A program made the translations under genes and the position numbers. 64,000 nucleotides of DNA from Patescibacteria group bacterium (GTDB lineage: Bacteria; Patescibacteriota; Patescibacteriia; Magasanikbacterales; JBBTQS01): positions 363,751 to 427,750 of the forward strand of contig JBBTQS010000001.1 in the NCBI GenBank assembly GCA_038065555.1. The letters are read 5' to 3'. Each line of letters opens with the position of its first letter. Position 1 is the stretch's first letter. Below, piece by piece: positions 30,769 to 38,835 of the stretch. The notes beneath the pieces were generated by a model. The model ran no database searches. It worked only from the letters and a program-made list of their open reading frames with translations, and had not been told where the DNA came from.

Positions 30769-32520
30769 TTACTTTTTGACCGAGAGGATTACTTCTTGGC
30801 CTTCAGTCAGTCCTGTGATGATTTCGGTGCGACCTTCATCTGCGCGCATGCCTACCTTGATAGTAACTTCCTTTTCTACGCCATTTTCCAGAACACGGAC
30901 GTATTTGTCGTTGGTCTCATTGTCGCGAGTGCGCACAGCACGTGTTGGAATGGAGAGCGCGTCCTCACGTGTCTCTGTTGTAATATCTACATTCGCAGTC
31001 ATGCCTGGCTTGATCGGCTCATCAGTATCAGCAATGCGTACACGGACTTGGTAATACACAACGTCCTGTACTTCTGTAGATCCTGGATCAATAGCAATGA
31101 CGGTTCCAGTGAGCACCTTCTCAGAACCAAATGCGTCGAGCGTAATACGCGCCTTGTCATTGAGAGCCAACTTGGACACATCTGTCTCAGGAATATCTAC
31201 AGAAATCTCATAGTGAGGCGAGAGGAGCTGCACCATCACATCACTGCTGCTCACAAATTCTCCGCGCTTCTTCGCAATCTTCGTCACTACACCGTCAATT
31301 GGTGCGATAATAATTGCCTTATCGCGCGTGGCAACTGCCTGGCTCACTGCTGCGCGAAACGCTGCGACGTCCACTGCGCGAGGGGGTACAGTCTTTGCCA
31401 GGTAGTTAGCCTTTGCTTGGGCATAGGCAGCACCACGAATGGCACTATTAGCCTCTGCTGTTGCTCCTGCTTCAATGAGATCGCGCTCAGCTCTACCCAG
31501 GGCAATCTGGTAGTTAGCAAGCGCGTTACGACTATCTTCAATTGCCTGTTGTGCACTGATTACTGCTGTGTACTTCGTCGTCACCGCTGTGCGGCTCGCC
31601 TCAAGTGTGCTCTTCTTCGCGTCTAATGTGGTCTGCGTGAGCGACCCAACAGGGCGCATTGCTTTCACAAGCTCAATAACGGCGTCCATTAGGGTATTAC
31701 TGGAGAGCAACGCGGTCTGAGACACTGTAAAACCCACATCGATCGACGCATGCGTGCTCGCGGTGGTGAGTGGCAAGACTGCGGTGCGCGCTGATTGCAC
31801 CTGAGCCTTCGCTTGTGCATACGCTGCAATAGCTCGCGTCTGCTTCGCAGGTTCTGTAATCTCGACATTTAACTTAAAACTCTCATTCGCAAACGTGTTG
31901 TCTACGGCTAGAATATTATCTGCTTGCGTGAGTGTATCACTGAGTGTTCCCAACGTGGATTGTAATGTTGCTACTGCGGCATCATACTTCTGTTCCACAA
32001 CCGCACTATTATCCCCACCTTCTGCCAACTTCAAATTATTACGCGCAGTCTCTACAGCTGCCACTGCTGCGGCAATGGCTGCATTTCCATCATTTTGCGT
32101 CTGTTCCCAGCTTGCATTTGCAGAATCCAACGCCGCTTTGTAATACTGCCGGTCTTGTTCCGTTGCTCCGGCGAGCTTCTGATTGAGATTGGCTGCTGCT
32201 TGCGCAACTGCAGCGTTGAGTTCGCCCAAACGAAGTGCCGCAAGACGCTGGCCAGCCTTCACGGTTTGTCCTTCTTTCACCAACACTTCATTAACCGTTC
32301 CTGGCATTTCGAACCGAAGCGCGAGATCGTCTACTGAGGCAATTTTGCCCACAGCGCTCACCGTCTGCTGGAGCTCGCCACGTACCACAGGGGTCGTGTC
32401 GTACTGCACAGGCGCGTTCTTGGAGCTATACGAGCTATACCCAATACCGCCCACGACAAGAACTGCCGCAAGCGCGAGGTAGAATTTGGTACTTTTGAGA
32501 AATGTCCATGTCATAGTCAT
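30769..32520 (-). CDS. Periplasmic adaptor / membrane-fusion protein (HlyD/MacA-like) with a long coiled-coil
   Basis: N-terminal TM anchor, a beta-barrel/lipoyl-like start (VSAVGKIASVDDLALRFEMPGTVNEVLVKEGQTVKAGQRLAAL), and about 300 aa of Ala/Gln-rich coiled coil. First gene of the ABC exporter operon. Confidence 0.75.
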   Translation of the reverse strand: MTMTWTFLKSTKFYLALAAVLVVGGIGYSSYSSKNAPVQYDTTPVVRGELQQTVSAVGKIASVDDLALRFEMPGTVNEVLVKEGQTVKAGQRLAALRLGELNAAVAQAAANLNQKLAGATEQDRQYYKAALDSANASWEQTQNDGNAAIAAAVAAVETARNNLKLAEGGDNSAVVEQKYDAAVATLQSTLGTLSDTLTQADNILAVDNTFANESFKLNVEITEPAKQTRAIAAYAQAKAQVQSARTAVLPLTTASTHASIDVGFTVSQTALLSSNTLMDAVIELVKAMRPVGSLTQTTLDAKKSTLEASRTAVTTKYTAVISAQQAIEDSRNALANYQIALGRAERDLIEAGATAEANSAIRGAAYAQAKANYLAKTVPPRAVDVAAFRAAVSQAVATRDKAIIIAPIDGVVTKIAKKRGEFVSSSDVMVQLLSPHYEISVDIPETDVSKLALNDKARITLDAFGSEKVLTGTVIAIDPGSTEVQDVVYYQVRVRIADTDEPIKPGMTANVDITTETREDALSIPTRAVRTRDNETNDKYVRVLENGVEKEVTIKVGMRADEGRTEIITGLTEGQEVILSVKK

Positions 32521-32534
32521 AGGATAGTATCCTA
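32520..32534. promoter_or_regulatory. 15-bp perfect palindrome TAGGATAGTATCCTA at the adaptor start codon (possible operator)
   Basis: 7-bp arms around a central G. It overlaps the ATG of the 30769-32520 gene in the divergent intergenic region. Confidence 0.25.
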
Positions 32535-32600
32535 GCGTATTTTACTGGATTTGACAATGGGTGTCGATTCATCGAAAGTGAAGACACAGGAGGTGCAATC

Positions 32601-32993
32601 ATGCACACAGTCAATGGAGAAATCGGTAGATGGTTCGCACTTTCCGCTCTTGCACTCATTGCATGCACGGGACTGTGCGCACTGACCAACATCAGTGCAT
32701 CCGGAATTCCCCAGTTCTACCCACGTTCCAACACGGAATACCTCCTCATCGGCGGGATCAGTTGCGTACTATCAGTCCTCATCCACTGGAACGCGCCATC
32801 GTGGAAATCAGTCCTCGGCTCGAACCTCGGATTCATCGCCGCATGGCTACTCATGACCTGGGTTGTGCCCTGGTTGCAGCTGAACGACATCACGCTCATG
32901 CTCGTGTGCATGAGCAACGCCGCAGTTGTTGCCTGGATTGTATTCCTCTCCAAGCGCGCCTACATCTCATTCGTCCTGCGCATTCGCGTGTAA
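32601..32993 (+). CDS. Hypothetical small membrane protein
   Basis: 130 aa with four hydrophobic helices. AGGAGG RBS 6 nt upstream of the ATG. TTGACA at about 32551. Confidence 0.55.
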   Translation: MHTVNGEIGRWFALSALALIACTGLCALTNISASGIPQFYPRSNTEYLLIGGISCVLSVLIHWNAPSWKSVLGSNLGFIAAWLLMTWVVPWLQLNDITLMLVCMSNAAVVAWIVFLSKRAYISFVLRIRV

Positions 32994-33119
32994 CACGCAA
33001 TGCGCACCACCCGAGAACCATCGTCCAACTGTGACGATGGTTCGCTCGTTTTGTCCCAAAATAGTAACAACCCGAACACGTGTATACGTATTCGGGTTGT
33101 CTGGTGTGCTCGAGCACGT

Positions 33120-33755
33120 TCAGAACGTCGCTTGCACAGCATGTTCTGCCACGAACTTGAAAAATGGTTGGAAGAAATCGTTGTGCATGCGCCGTGCGAA
33201 CTCTTCCGCCTCCCCGATCGTTGCGAACTCGCCCATGTGCAGCGCGTACATGATGCAGATGGCCTCGTTGACCATCGCATCTTGCCCTGCGAAGCTGTAG
33301 ATGTTCCCAGACTTGGCGCCGCGGATCGCACCCGCATAATTGTCCGATGCATCGCGACTTGCGACGCGCGTCGGATTCTGGACCAGAAACTCCGCAAGAG
33401 CGCGGGCCTGGTGCTTGTTGGCCACGTGACGCTCTGCCGGCACCGTATTGGCGCTCGGGAAATAAATCACCGACAGCTCCGTCCCTCCACTCCTATTCTT
33501 GATGTGGAACGCACCACAGCACATCAGTGGATCGAACATGCTCTGGAACTGCGTGGAGTTGACGCCGAACATGCATGCGACCTGCAGTATCTTGCTCGCA
33601 GGAAGCGCCAACTTCTCCGAGAGTTCAGTATCATCGTCATCGAATTGGTACTCTGGTCGATCCATCGAATCCACCTCACTGTTACATGGATTGAGAACAC
33701 GCAACACCCCTATGTTACGTAGCGGAATCGAATCATATTCGTTGCCGAACGTCAA
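33120..33755 (-). CDS. Hypothetical protein (no recognisable motif)
   Basis: 211-aa ORF (probable start MDRPEYQFDDDD near 33665). GC appears higher than the flanking genes. No signal peptide. Confidence 0.5.
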   Translation of the reverse strand: MTFGNEYDSIPLRNIGVLRVLNPCNSEVDSMDRPEYQFDDDDTELSEKLALPASKILQVACMFGVNSTQFQSMFDPLMCCGAFHIKNRSGGTELSVIYFPSANTVPAERHVANKHQARALAEFLVQNPTRVASRDASDNYAGAIRGAKSGNIYSFAGQDAMVNEAICIMYALHMGEFATIGEAEEFARRMHNDFFQPFFKFVAEHAVQATF

Positions 33756-33761
33756 GAATAT

Positions 33762-34400
33762 CTACGCGCGACTCGCCTGCAGTACAAGAATGGGATGCGT
33801 GCCCATCTCGACAGCATCGAACACCACAGCAGTTTGCACCCCCGTAAACCCTGCCGTCACTGCTGCACACGCAAGTGTCTCCTGCGCCACGTGATGAAAA
33901 AATATTTTGTGACCCATGCTCCCATCAGCTGCAGTCAGCCATTCATCGCGGACTTCCTCCTCGTCCGCACCAAGGCTTGTGATAATACTGATCACACCAC
34001 CCGGCTTGAGCGCGCGATACCACCCACTCAGTGTACGCGCAACATCCGCCTTCGGAATATGAATAATAGAAAATGAGGACCAGACTGCATCGAACGTCGC
34101 GTCGGCAAAATCTACCGCTCGAATATCCATCGACAGCACAGTCGCCTCTGGCGCTGCTTGGCGTGCCAACGTCAGCATCGTGTCTGAGAAATCAACACCC
34201 GTTACATTGTACCCATGTTGCACGAACCAGCGCGTTGCGCGACCAGCACCACACCCAACGTCGAGCACAGCAGCACCTGCCGGGAGCCGCGCCGCGAATT
34301 GCTCGAACTGCTGGAGCAGGAATAGAGTGTCACCGTAGCGCGCAGCGTACGAGGCGCCGACAGCGTTGTAGGTAGATTGGACGAACTCAGACTCCTTCAT
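33762..34400 (-). CDS. Class I SAM-dependent methyltransferase
   Basis: Motif I LDVGCGAGR and motif post-I (GYNVTGVDFS). 212 aa. It overlaps the next gene by 4 nt. Confidence 0.85.
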   Translation of the reverse strand: MKESEFVQSTYNAVGASYAARYGDTLFLLQQFEQFAARLPAGAAVLDVGCGAGRATRWFVQHGYNVTGVDFSDTMLTLARQAAPEATVLSMDIRAVDFADATFDAVWSSFSIIHIPKADVARTLSGWYRALKPGGVISIITSLGADEEEVRDEWLTAADGSMGHKIFFHHVAQETLACAAVTAGFTGVQTAVVFDAVEMGTHPILVLQASRA

Positions 34401-35353
34401 GTTCGTGGGAGTGTCTTTTCAAATCGTAGAATCTCATTACGCATACGATTTGCATCCCACGCCTTTCGTTTGTTCAACATATAATCGTCCATAATGCGGA
34501 AGAAATCCAACACTATTTTCACAGCGTAGATGCGCTCGAGGTGTTGTGCGTCTACCGCACGTCCGTAATACGTCTTCAAAAAGAGTTGCTGTTGCATCTT
34601 CGTAAGCCGCGAGTCTGCAAAAAAATTACCAATGTCCACTTCAGGAATATCAGATCCACCACCCTCCCAATCAATAAGCCTAATCTTGTCACCAGCCACC
34701 AACATATTCTCCTTCTTCAAATCCGCGTGCACGAGACTGAAAGACGTGATTCCATCAAAACAATGCAGCCCACTGAAGTACAAGCCCAGTGATTTCCTCA
34801 CCCGATTGAATGGTTCAACCACAAGCTCAATACCAGGTAGATCCGTATACTTTTCAATCTGCTTATCCGCACCGTTCGCATACAGATCAAAAATATCGCA
34901 AGTATATGGCAGCGCGTCCTTGGGTGGAAATGTGTCTCCAGAACGCCTGAATGTAATGGCATGCAACTTCTTCAGAGTCTTTGCTACAGAAATAATATGC
35001 GTATCTGCAAATCGCCGCACAGGCTCCCCTTCTACATAATCCACAATAGTGAAGTGTTGCCCTAGGGGATTTTTTGTGCTCAGATAGTACACCTTTGGTG
35101 CAATACTAAGGTGCTCAATTTTCTTGAGGATTTGGAACTCCTGCTTCTTGATCCCCCAATCATTTTTCAGCGAATAGAAGTTCACCCGCGCAACATATTT
35201 CTTTTTTCCACCCGTGATCAAATACAGATGCGTTCCTCCACCACTCTTGAAGTACGTGACGGAAAAGTCCTTGCGCAACGTCACACCTGCGATGCGCTTC
35301 GATGCCAACAACTTCGAAAGATACGCGATGGTCTGTTGATGTACTGTCTCCAT
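34397..35353 (-). CDS. Phosphotransferase-family kinase (APH/ChoK-like)
   Basis: Brenner motif LVHADLKKENMLV and IRLIDWEGGG (DFG-like), 318 aa. Noticeably AT-richer than its neighbours. Confidence 0.75.
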   Translation of the reverse strand: METVHQQTIAYLSKLLASKRIAGVTLRKDFSVTYFKSGGGTHLYLITGGKKKYVARVNFYSLKNDWGIKKQEFQILKKIEHLSIAPKVYYLSTKNPLGQHFTIVDYVEGEPVRRFADTHIISVAKTLKKLHAITFRRSGDTFPPKDALPYTCDIFDLYANGADKQIEKYTDLPGIELVVEPFNRVRKSLGLYFSGLHCFDGITSFSLVHADLKKENMLVAGDKIRLIDWEGGGSDIPEVDIGNFFADSRLTKMQQQLFLKTYYGRAVDAQHLERIYAVKIVLDFFRIMDDYMLNKRKAWDANRMRNEILRFEKTLPRT

Positions 35354-35402
35354 ACGATTTTACACAAGAATACCACTTCGATAGCCACGCGCAAAGAACA
35401 AC

Positions 35403-35421
35403 AACCGCCTTTGAAGCGGTT
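35403..35421 (-). terminator. Terminator-like hairpin downstream of tRNA-Trp
   Basis: AACCGC-CTTTGAA-GCGGTT followed by a T-rich run on the minus strand. Confidence 0.4.
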
Positions 35422-35434
35422 GCTGTTCTTTGTT

Positions 35435-35508
35435 TGGCAGGGGCGGTAGGAATCGAACCTACGCAGAAGGTTTTGGAGACCTTTGTACTACCATTATACG
35501 ACGCCCCC
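35435..35508 (-). tRNA. tRNA-Trp (anticodon CCA)
   Basis: The reverse complement folds as a cloverleaf GGGGGCG...GGTCTCCAAAACC...GGTTCGATTCC...CGCCCCTGCCA. The anticodon loop is CTCCAAA. 3' CCA is encoded. Confidence 0.85.
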
Positions 35509-35548
35509 AGTACTTGAGATCGACTCAAGTATACCAGAATACCACAAC

Positions 35549-35564
35549 GCCGGCAGATGCCGGC
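35549..35564 (-). terminator. GC hairpin downstream of rpmG
   Basis: GCCGGC-AGAT-GCCGGC just past the rpmG stop. Confidence 0.4.
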
Positions 35565-35572
35565 GAGCGGAA

Positions 35573-35728
35573 CTACTTTGTTTCCTTGTGTGGGGTGTGC
35601 TTCACGCAAAACTTGCAGTGCTTATTTGTAAGCATGCGAGCCTTGATGATCTTCTTGTTCTTGTGGGTGTCATGCGTCACGCGGCTGCATGCGCTGCACT
35701 CAAGGTGAATCAAATTGTCTTGTGACAT
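35573..35728 (-). CDS. rpmG: 50S ribosomal protein L33
   Basis: 51-aa ORF below the ORF-track size cutoff. MSQDNLIHLECSACSRVTHDTHKNKKIIKARMLTNKHCKFCVKHTPHKETK carries the CxxC...CxxC zinc ribbon and the Lys-rich L33 pattern. It sits inside the tRNA cluster. Confidence 0.8.
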   Translation of the reverse strand: MSQDNLIHLECSACSRVTHDTHKNKKIIKARMLTNKHCKFCVKHTPHKETK

Positions 35729-35763
35729 ATGTCAGTAATTAACTGGTCTTTCAATACTCTCGG

Positions 35764-35836
35764 AGCCATCTCCGGGGTTCGAACCCGGGACCTACGGTTT
35801 ACAAAACCGTTGCTCTACCAGCTGAGCTAAGATGGC
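35764..35836 (-). tRNA. tRNA-Thr (anticodon UGU)
   Basis: The reverse complement reads GCCATCTTAGCTCAGCTGGTAGAGCAACGGTTTTGTAAACCGTAGGTCCCGGGTTCGAACCCCGGAGATGGCT. Anticodon loop TTTGTAA. CCA is not encoded. Confidence 0.85.
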
Positions 35837-35840
35837 GCTG

Positions 35841-35922
35841 TGGGCAGGGGGGGATTCGAACCCACGAAGGCGTAGCCAGCAGATTTACAGTCTGCCCCGG
35901 TTGACCACTTCGGTACCTGCCC
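35841..35922 (-). tRNA. tRNA-Tyr (anticodon GUA), long variable arm
   Basis: The reverse complement reads GGGCAGGTACCGAAGTGGTCAACCGGGGCAGACTGTAAATCTGC...GGGTTCGAATCCCCCCCTGCCCA. Anticodon loop CTGTAAA. Confidence 0.8.
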
Positions 35923-36003
35923 ATGGAAGTAACGGCGGTATTGTATGCAATTGTCGTATTTTTGTCAAAAGGACCAACTTCCTCAAATTTCCTTAAAAAA
36001 AGC

Positions 36004-36039
36004 TCACCCCACCACCGACGTCTGTCAGTGATGGGGTGT
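36004..36039 (-). terminator. Rho-independent terminator of the S1-S2 small-gene pair
   Basis: TCACCCCA-(20 nt)-TGGGGTGT followed by TTTTTTAAGG on the minus strand, 30 nt past the S2 stop. Confidence 0.6.
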
Positions 36040-36069
36040 AGCAGTGCCGGACGTCGTACGTCCGTACTG

Positions 36070-36366
36070 TCAGTCGCCCGATCGCTTCATACGATCGAAC
36101 GAGTCTGGGTCGTTGTTCCAGGCCTCGAGTGTCTCCTCGAAGGCCCACTGCGTATTGGACCGAAGCGTCGCGAGGTCTCCCTCACAGACGAACCAGTACA
36201 ATCGCCTCTTCGTATGCGGCCCGCCGCCCTCATAGTCCGGCGTGGTGCTGCTCAACGCCAGTGTCATGATATCCCGCATCTTGCCGGGGAAATCTTTGCG
36301 TTGGAGGTGGAGCACCCGAGGTGGGCACTCCTCGGAGCTGCCAGCTGGTCTTGCTTCGAGATACAT
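36070..36366 (-). CDS. Small hypothetical protein S2 (~98 aa), paralog of S1
   Basis: Start trimmed to the ATG at 36366 (MYLEARPAGSSEECPP...). AGGAGG RBS 6 nt upstream. Shares MYL-RP-SS-CP...DFP...YW-VC...WN-P-SF with the adjacent gene. Confidence 0.65.
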   Translation of the reverse strand: MYLEARPAGSSEECPPRVLHLQRKDFPGKMRDIMTLALSSTTPDYEGGGPHTKRRLYWFVCEGDLATLRSNTQWAFEETLEAWNNDPDSFDRMKRSGD

Positions 36367-36368
36367 GG

Positions 36369-36662
36369 TCAGCCTCCTGTCGCCTTCTTGAACGACTCGG
36401 GCTTCGCGTTCCAGCGCTTGAGCTGGGAACGAAGCGCTCGCTCCGTGCAGTCCCAGACGCGTCGCGGCTCGTAGTCGCACACGTACCAGTACATCTGGTC
36501 GCTGGGGCTGGCATCTGGATCCGAGTCGGGACTCGAGGAACTCCCCATGACCTCCTGGATCAGCCCCTCGAGATCGTCATTCGGGAAATCCGACGATTCG
36601 AGAACGATGACCATCGCAGGGCAGTCCGCGGAGCTGTTGGGCGGTCGATTATCGAGATACAT
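36369..36662 (-). CDS. Small hypothetical protein S1 (~97 aa), paralog of S2
   Basis: Start trimmed to the ATG at 36662 (MYLDNRPPNSSADCPAMV...). GAGGAG RBS 6 nt upstream. Acidic, Ser-rich linker. Confidence 0.65.
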   Translation of the reverse strand: MYLDNRPPNSSADCPAMVIVLESSDFPNDDLEGLIQEVMGSSSSPDSDPDASPSDQMYWYVCDYEPRRVWDCTERALRSQLKRWNAKPESFKKATGG

Positions 36663-36794
36663 GAGATGCTCCTCATTTGAACAGAACGAATTCCACATCA
36701 CTCGGGACCCCGAGCTGCGGAAAACAAATATGTATACCACATTTTTAGGCTTTTGTCAAGATGTGCATTGAAAAACAGAAAAATTACAAAAGAA

Positions 36795-36822
36795 AACACC
36801 CCACTCTCTCGAATGGGGTGTT
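36795..36822 (-). terminator. Terminator hairpin ACACCCCA...TGGGGTGT downstream of P2
   Basis: 8-bp stem, 10-nt loop, followed on the minus strand by TTTTCTTTTGTAATTTTTCTGTTTTTC. Confidence 0.6.
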
Positions 36823-36903
36823 CTGTTAGTCGTGCGACGGCAATCCGCCACATGGACGCTGGAGCGTCCGCCATCGAAGTCCGCTCATTGGATACTCCTC
36901 CTG

Positions 36904-37656
36904 TTAGACGGTGAAGGGATGAATGATGGGAAGCTCTTGCGTTCGCAGCGGCTGGTACATCCGATCCTTGCGCGACGCAGGGCTCTCGGATTGCACGTAG
37001 ATTGCGTTCGGGTACACTCGTTCGAGCGTTGCGCCCTCGAACGCATATGCTGCGACCTGTCGTTGCGCCGCCTCACGCGTTCCGCCAGGGAACAGGATGT
37101 CAGGGAACGCTCGCAGGTGTTGATCTTCTTGATGCACGTGCAGTGCTTGTGCTGACTCACTCGCCCACCGCACTGCGTGCGCGTGAGTCACGTGAAGTGC
37201 CGCACGAGATTCGATCGAACTCCACGTCGCAACATCCCAGTTCTCAGGAATCTGTTTGCGTCCCTCCTCGATCATCAGCTCACAGGCTGTTGTACTCTCA
37301 CTCTGATCACAGCTCCAGCCCCACGTGCGAACCGGCTCACAATCAGGGAGCACCACCAGCATCTGTGCATCGACATGATCACGAATGCGCTGAAGCAACG
37401 ATTGCATCTGTCCGTACTTGCGACTGCGCAGGAAATACGTTTCGAACAGATCGAGTCGCAGTTCCTCTTTGTCCTTGTACGTTCCCAGGCAGGAGAATGC
37501 GATGAACTGCAGCGGTTGGTTCGCATGCAATGCTGCGAGCACTCGCGCAGGCGCGTAGAATGATTCTTGCTCACAGGCCTCGAACAGTTCGAGCACTCGT
37601 TGTGCACTCGTACTGAGCGCACGCCTGAGCTGTCGTTCTTCCTTTGTTGATGCCAC
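36904..37656 (-). CDS. Hypothetical protein P2 (250 aa), paralog of P1
   Basis: Shares PLQFIAFSC, LLQRIRDHVDAQMLVVLPDCEP and a C-terminal RMYQPL block with the upstream gene. No known motif recognised. Confidence 0.6.
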   Translation of the reverse strand: MASTKEERQLRRALSTSAQRVLELFEACEQESFYAPARVLAALHANQPLQFIAFSCLGTYKDKEELRLDLFETYFLRSRKYGQMQSLLQRIRDHVDAQMLVVLPDCEPVRTWGWSCDQSESTTACELMIEEGRKQIPENWDVATWSSIESRAALHVTHAHAVRWASESAQALHVHQEDQHLRAFPDILFPGGTREAAQRQVAAYAFEGATLERVYPNAIYVQSESPASRKDRMYQPLRTQELPIIHPFTV

Positions 37657-37734
37657 GTGCCACCTCCTCGGTGCGAGATCAGCTGTGAAGCGTCCTGACC
37701 TTCAGGACGCTCGTGCAGCTGACCGCTGCACACG

Positions 37735-38592
37735 TCATTGATATCCTCCGTTATCAACGCCGTAGAAATACACAATCGGCAACTGCGCATCATACTGCTG
37801 TGCAATCAGCGGTTGATACATCGTTGATCGCAGGACTGACGGATTCTCATTCTGGATGAGAATCATTGGCATGAGCGACTTGTACATCCACCGCGCCTGC
37901 AACGCATACTCTACGAATTTGCGACGAATCCAATCGCGCAAGACTGTCTCGTCAGGCGCCGTGAGTCCATCGAAATATTTGCCCACAGTGAACTGTGTTC
38001 GCAGTGCACGCAACTCCCATTCGCGATCAGTCTCACTCCCCACTCCCCGCGCCAACTCCTGATCGAACTCTTGCTCGAACGTCTGTGCACGCAACTGATT
38101 CTGTTCCTGCTCCCAGACATACCAACTCACCACACGCGCACGGAGCGCTGGATATGTTGCTGCAACCCATGCTTCCAACGCATCGCGATACTGTGCCCAT
38201 CGCGCTGCGAACTGCTCGACTACCGACGCGCGATCAGCCTGGGACAACTCCTGGAACTGCTGCCGATAGATGTAGTACGGATCTGTATTACCAATCATGA
38301 TCACGACTTCGACTGGATACACCTCGCGTAGCGCCTGCACAATCCTCGTGAGCCGCGGCAAATCTGCTTCCAGATTGTTGCCCGCAGTATCAGTGCGCAC
38401 GTACATCCACGGCGTGTCGCTGTACATCTCTCGCGCAGTGATCGTTGAACACGTGAACGTCACGAACCGCAGTGGTACACCCGCTTCCACAGCACGCTCT
38501 ACTGCCTGTTGAACCGCGGCGCGATACGTATCCTCTGCGGCGTCATACACCGCAAGTTTTTCCATGATGTCTCGAATGATTTGTTTTTGCAT
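37735..38592 (-). CDS. Hypothetical protein P1 (285 aa), paralog of P2
   Basis: Start trimmed to the ATG at 38592 (MQKQIIRDIMEKL...). The longer ORF-track start would read through the upstream terminator tail. Carries PLRFVTFTC, VVIMIGNTDPYYIY and TMYQPL. Confidence 0.6.
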   Translation of the reverse strand: MQKQIIRDIMEKLAVYDAAEDTYRAAVQQAVERAVEAGVPLRFVTFTCSTITAREMYSDTPWMYVRTDTAGNNLEADLPRLTRIVQALREVYPVEVVIMIGNTDPYYIYRQQFQELSQADRASVVEQFAARWAQYRDALEAWVAATYPALRARVVSWYVWEQEQNQLRAQTFEQEFDQELARGVGSETDREWELRALRTQFTVGKYFDGLTAPDETVLRDWIRRKFVEYALQARWMYKSLMPMILIQNENPSVLRSTMYQPLIAQQYDAQLPIVYFYGVDNGGYQ

Positions 38593-38614
38593 ACTGTAAT
38601 GAAGAGAAAAAAGA

Positions 38615-38642
38615 AACACCCCTCTCTTTCGAGAGGGGTGTT
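38615..38642 (-). terminator. Perfect 12-bp hairpin AACACCCCTCTC-TTTC-GAGAGGGGTGTT upstream of P1
   Basis: Followed on the minus strand by TTTCTTTTTTCTCTTC. Near-identical in style to the hairpins at 36795-36822 and 36004-36039. It could terminate an unannotated transcript from the 38643-38787 gap. Confidence 0.5.
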
Positions 38643-38787
38643 GGCGAAATGATGGTCGGAAATCCTACGCATCAAAGCACACCTCTGTCGAAAGAGAAGC
38701 GTGTGGATGCGGAGCATGAATTGCAAGTGTAGCGCGCAAGATTTGATTCATACATACCCACCGTAGCGAATCTCAAAAAATCTGTCA

Positions 38788-38816
38788 AATGAATGAGGTC
38801 CTGTCACAGCTGAGCT
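38788..38816 (-). terminator. Terminator hairpin after the 766-aa gene
   Basis: GTCCTGT-(15 nt)-ACAGGAC 20 nt past the stop, followed by a T-rich stretch (CATTTGACAGATTTTTTGAG). Confidence 0.5.
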
Positions 38817-38835
38817 GCAACAGGACCTTCGTTGT

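Noticed and set aside
33000-33722. 240-aa plus-strand ORF overlapping the 33120-33755 minus-strand gene
   Set aside because: It is antisense to a better-supported ORF in a GC-rich stretch. It has no RBS and a repetitive Arg/His/Cys-rich translation.
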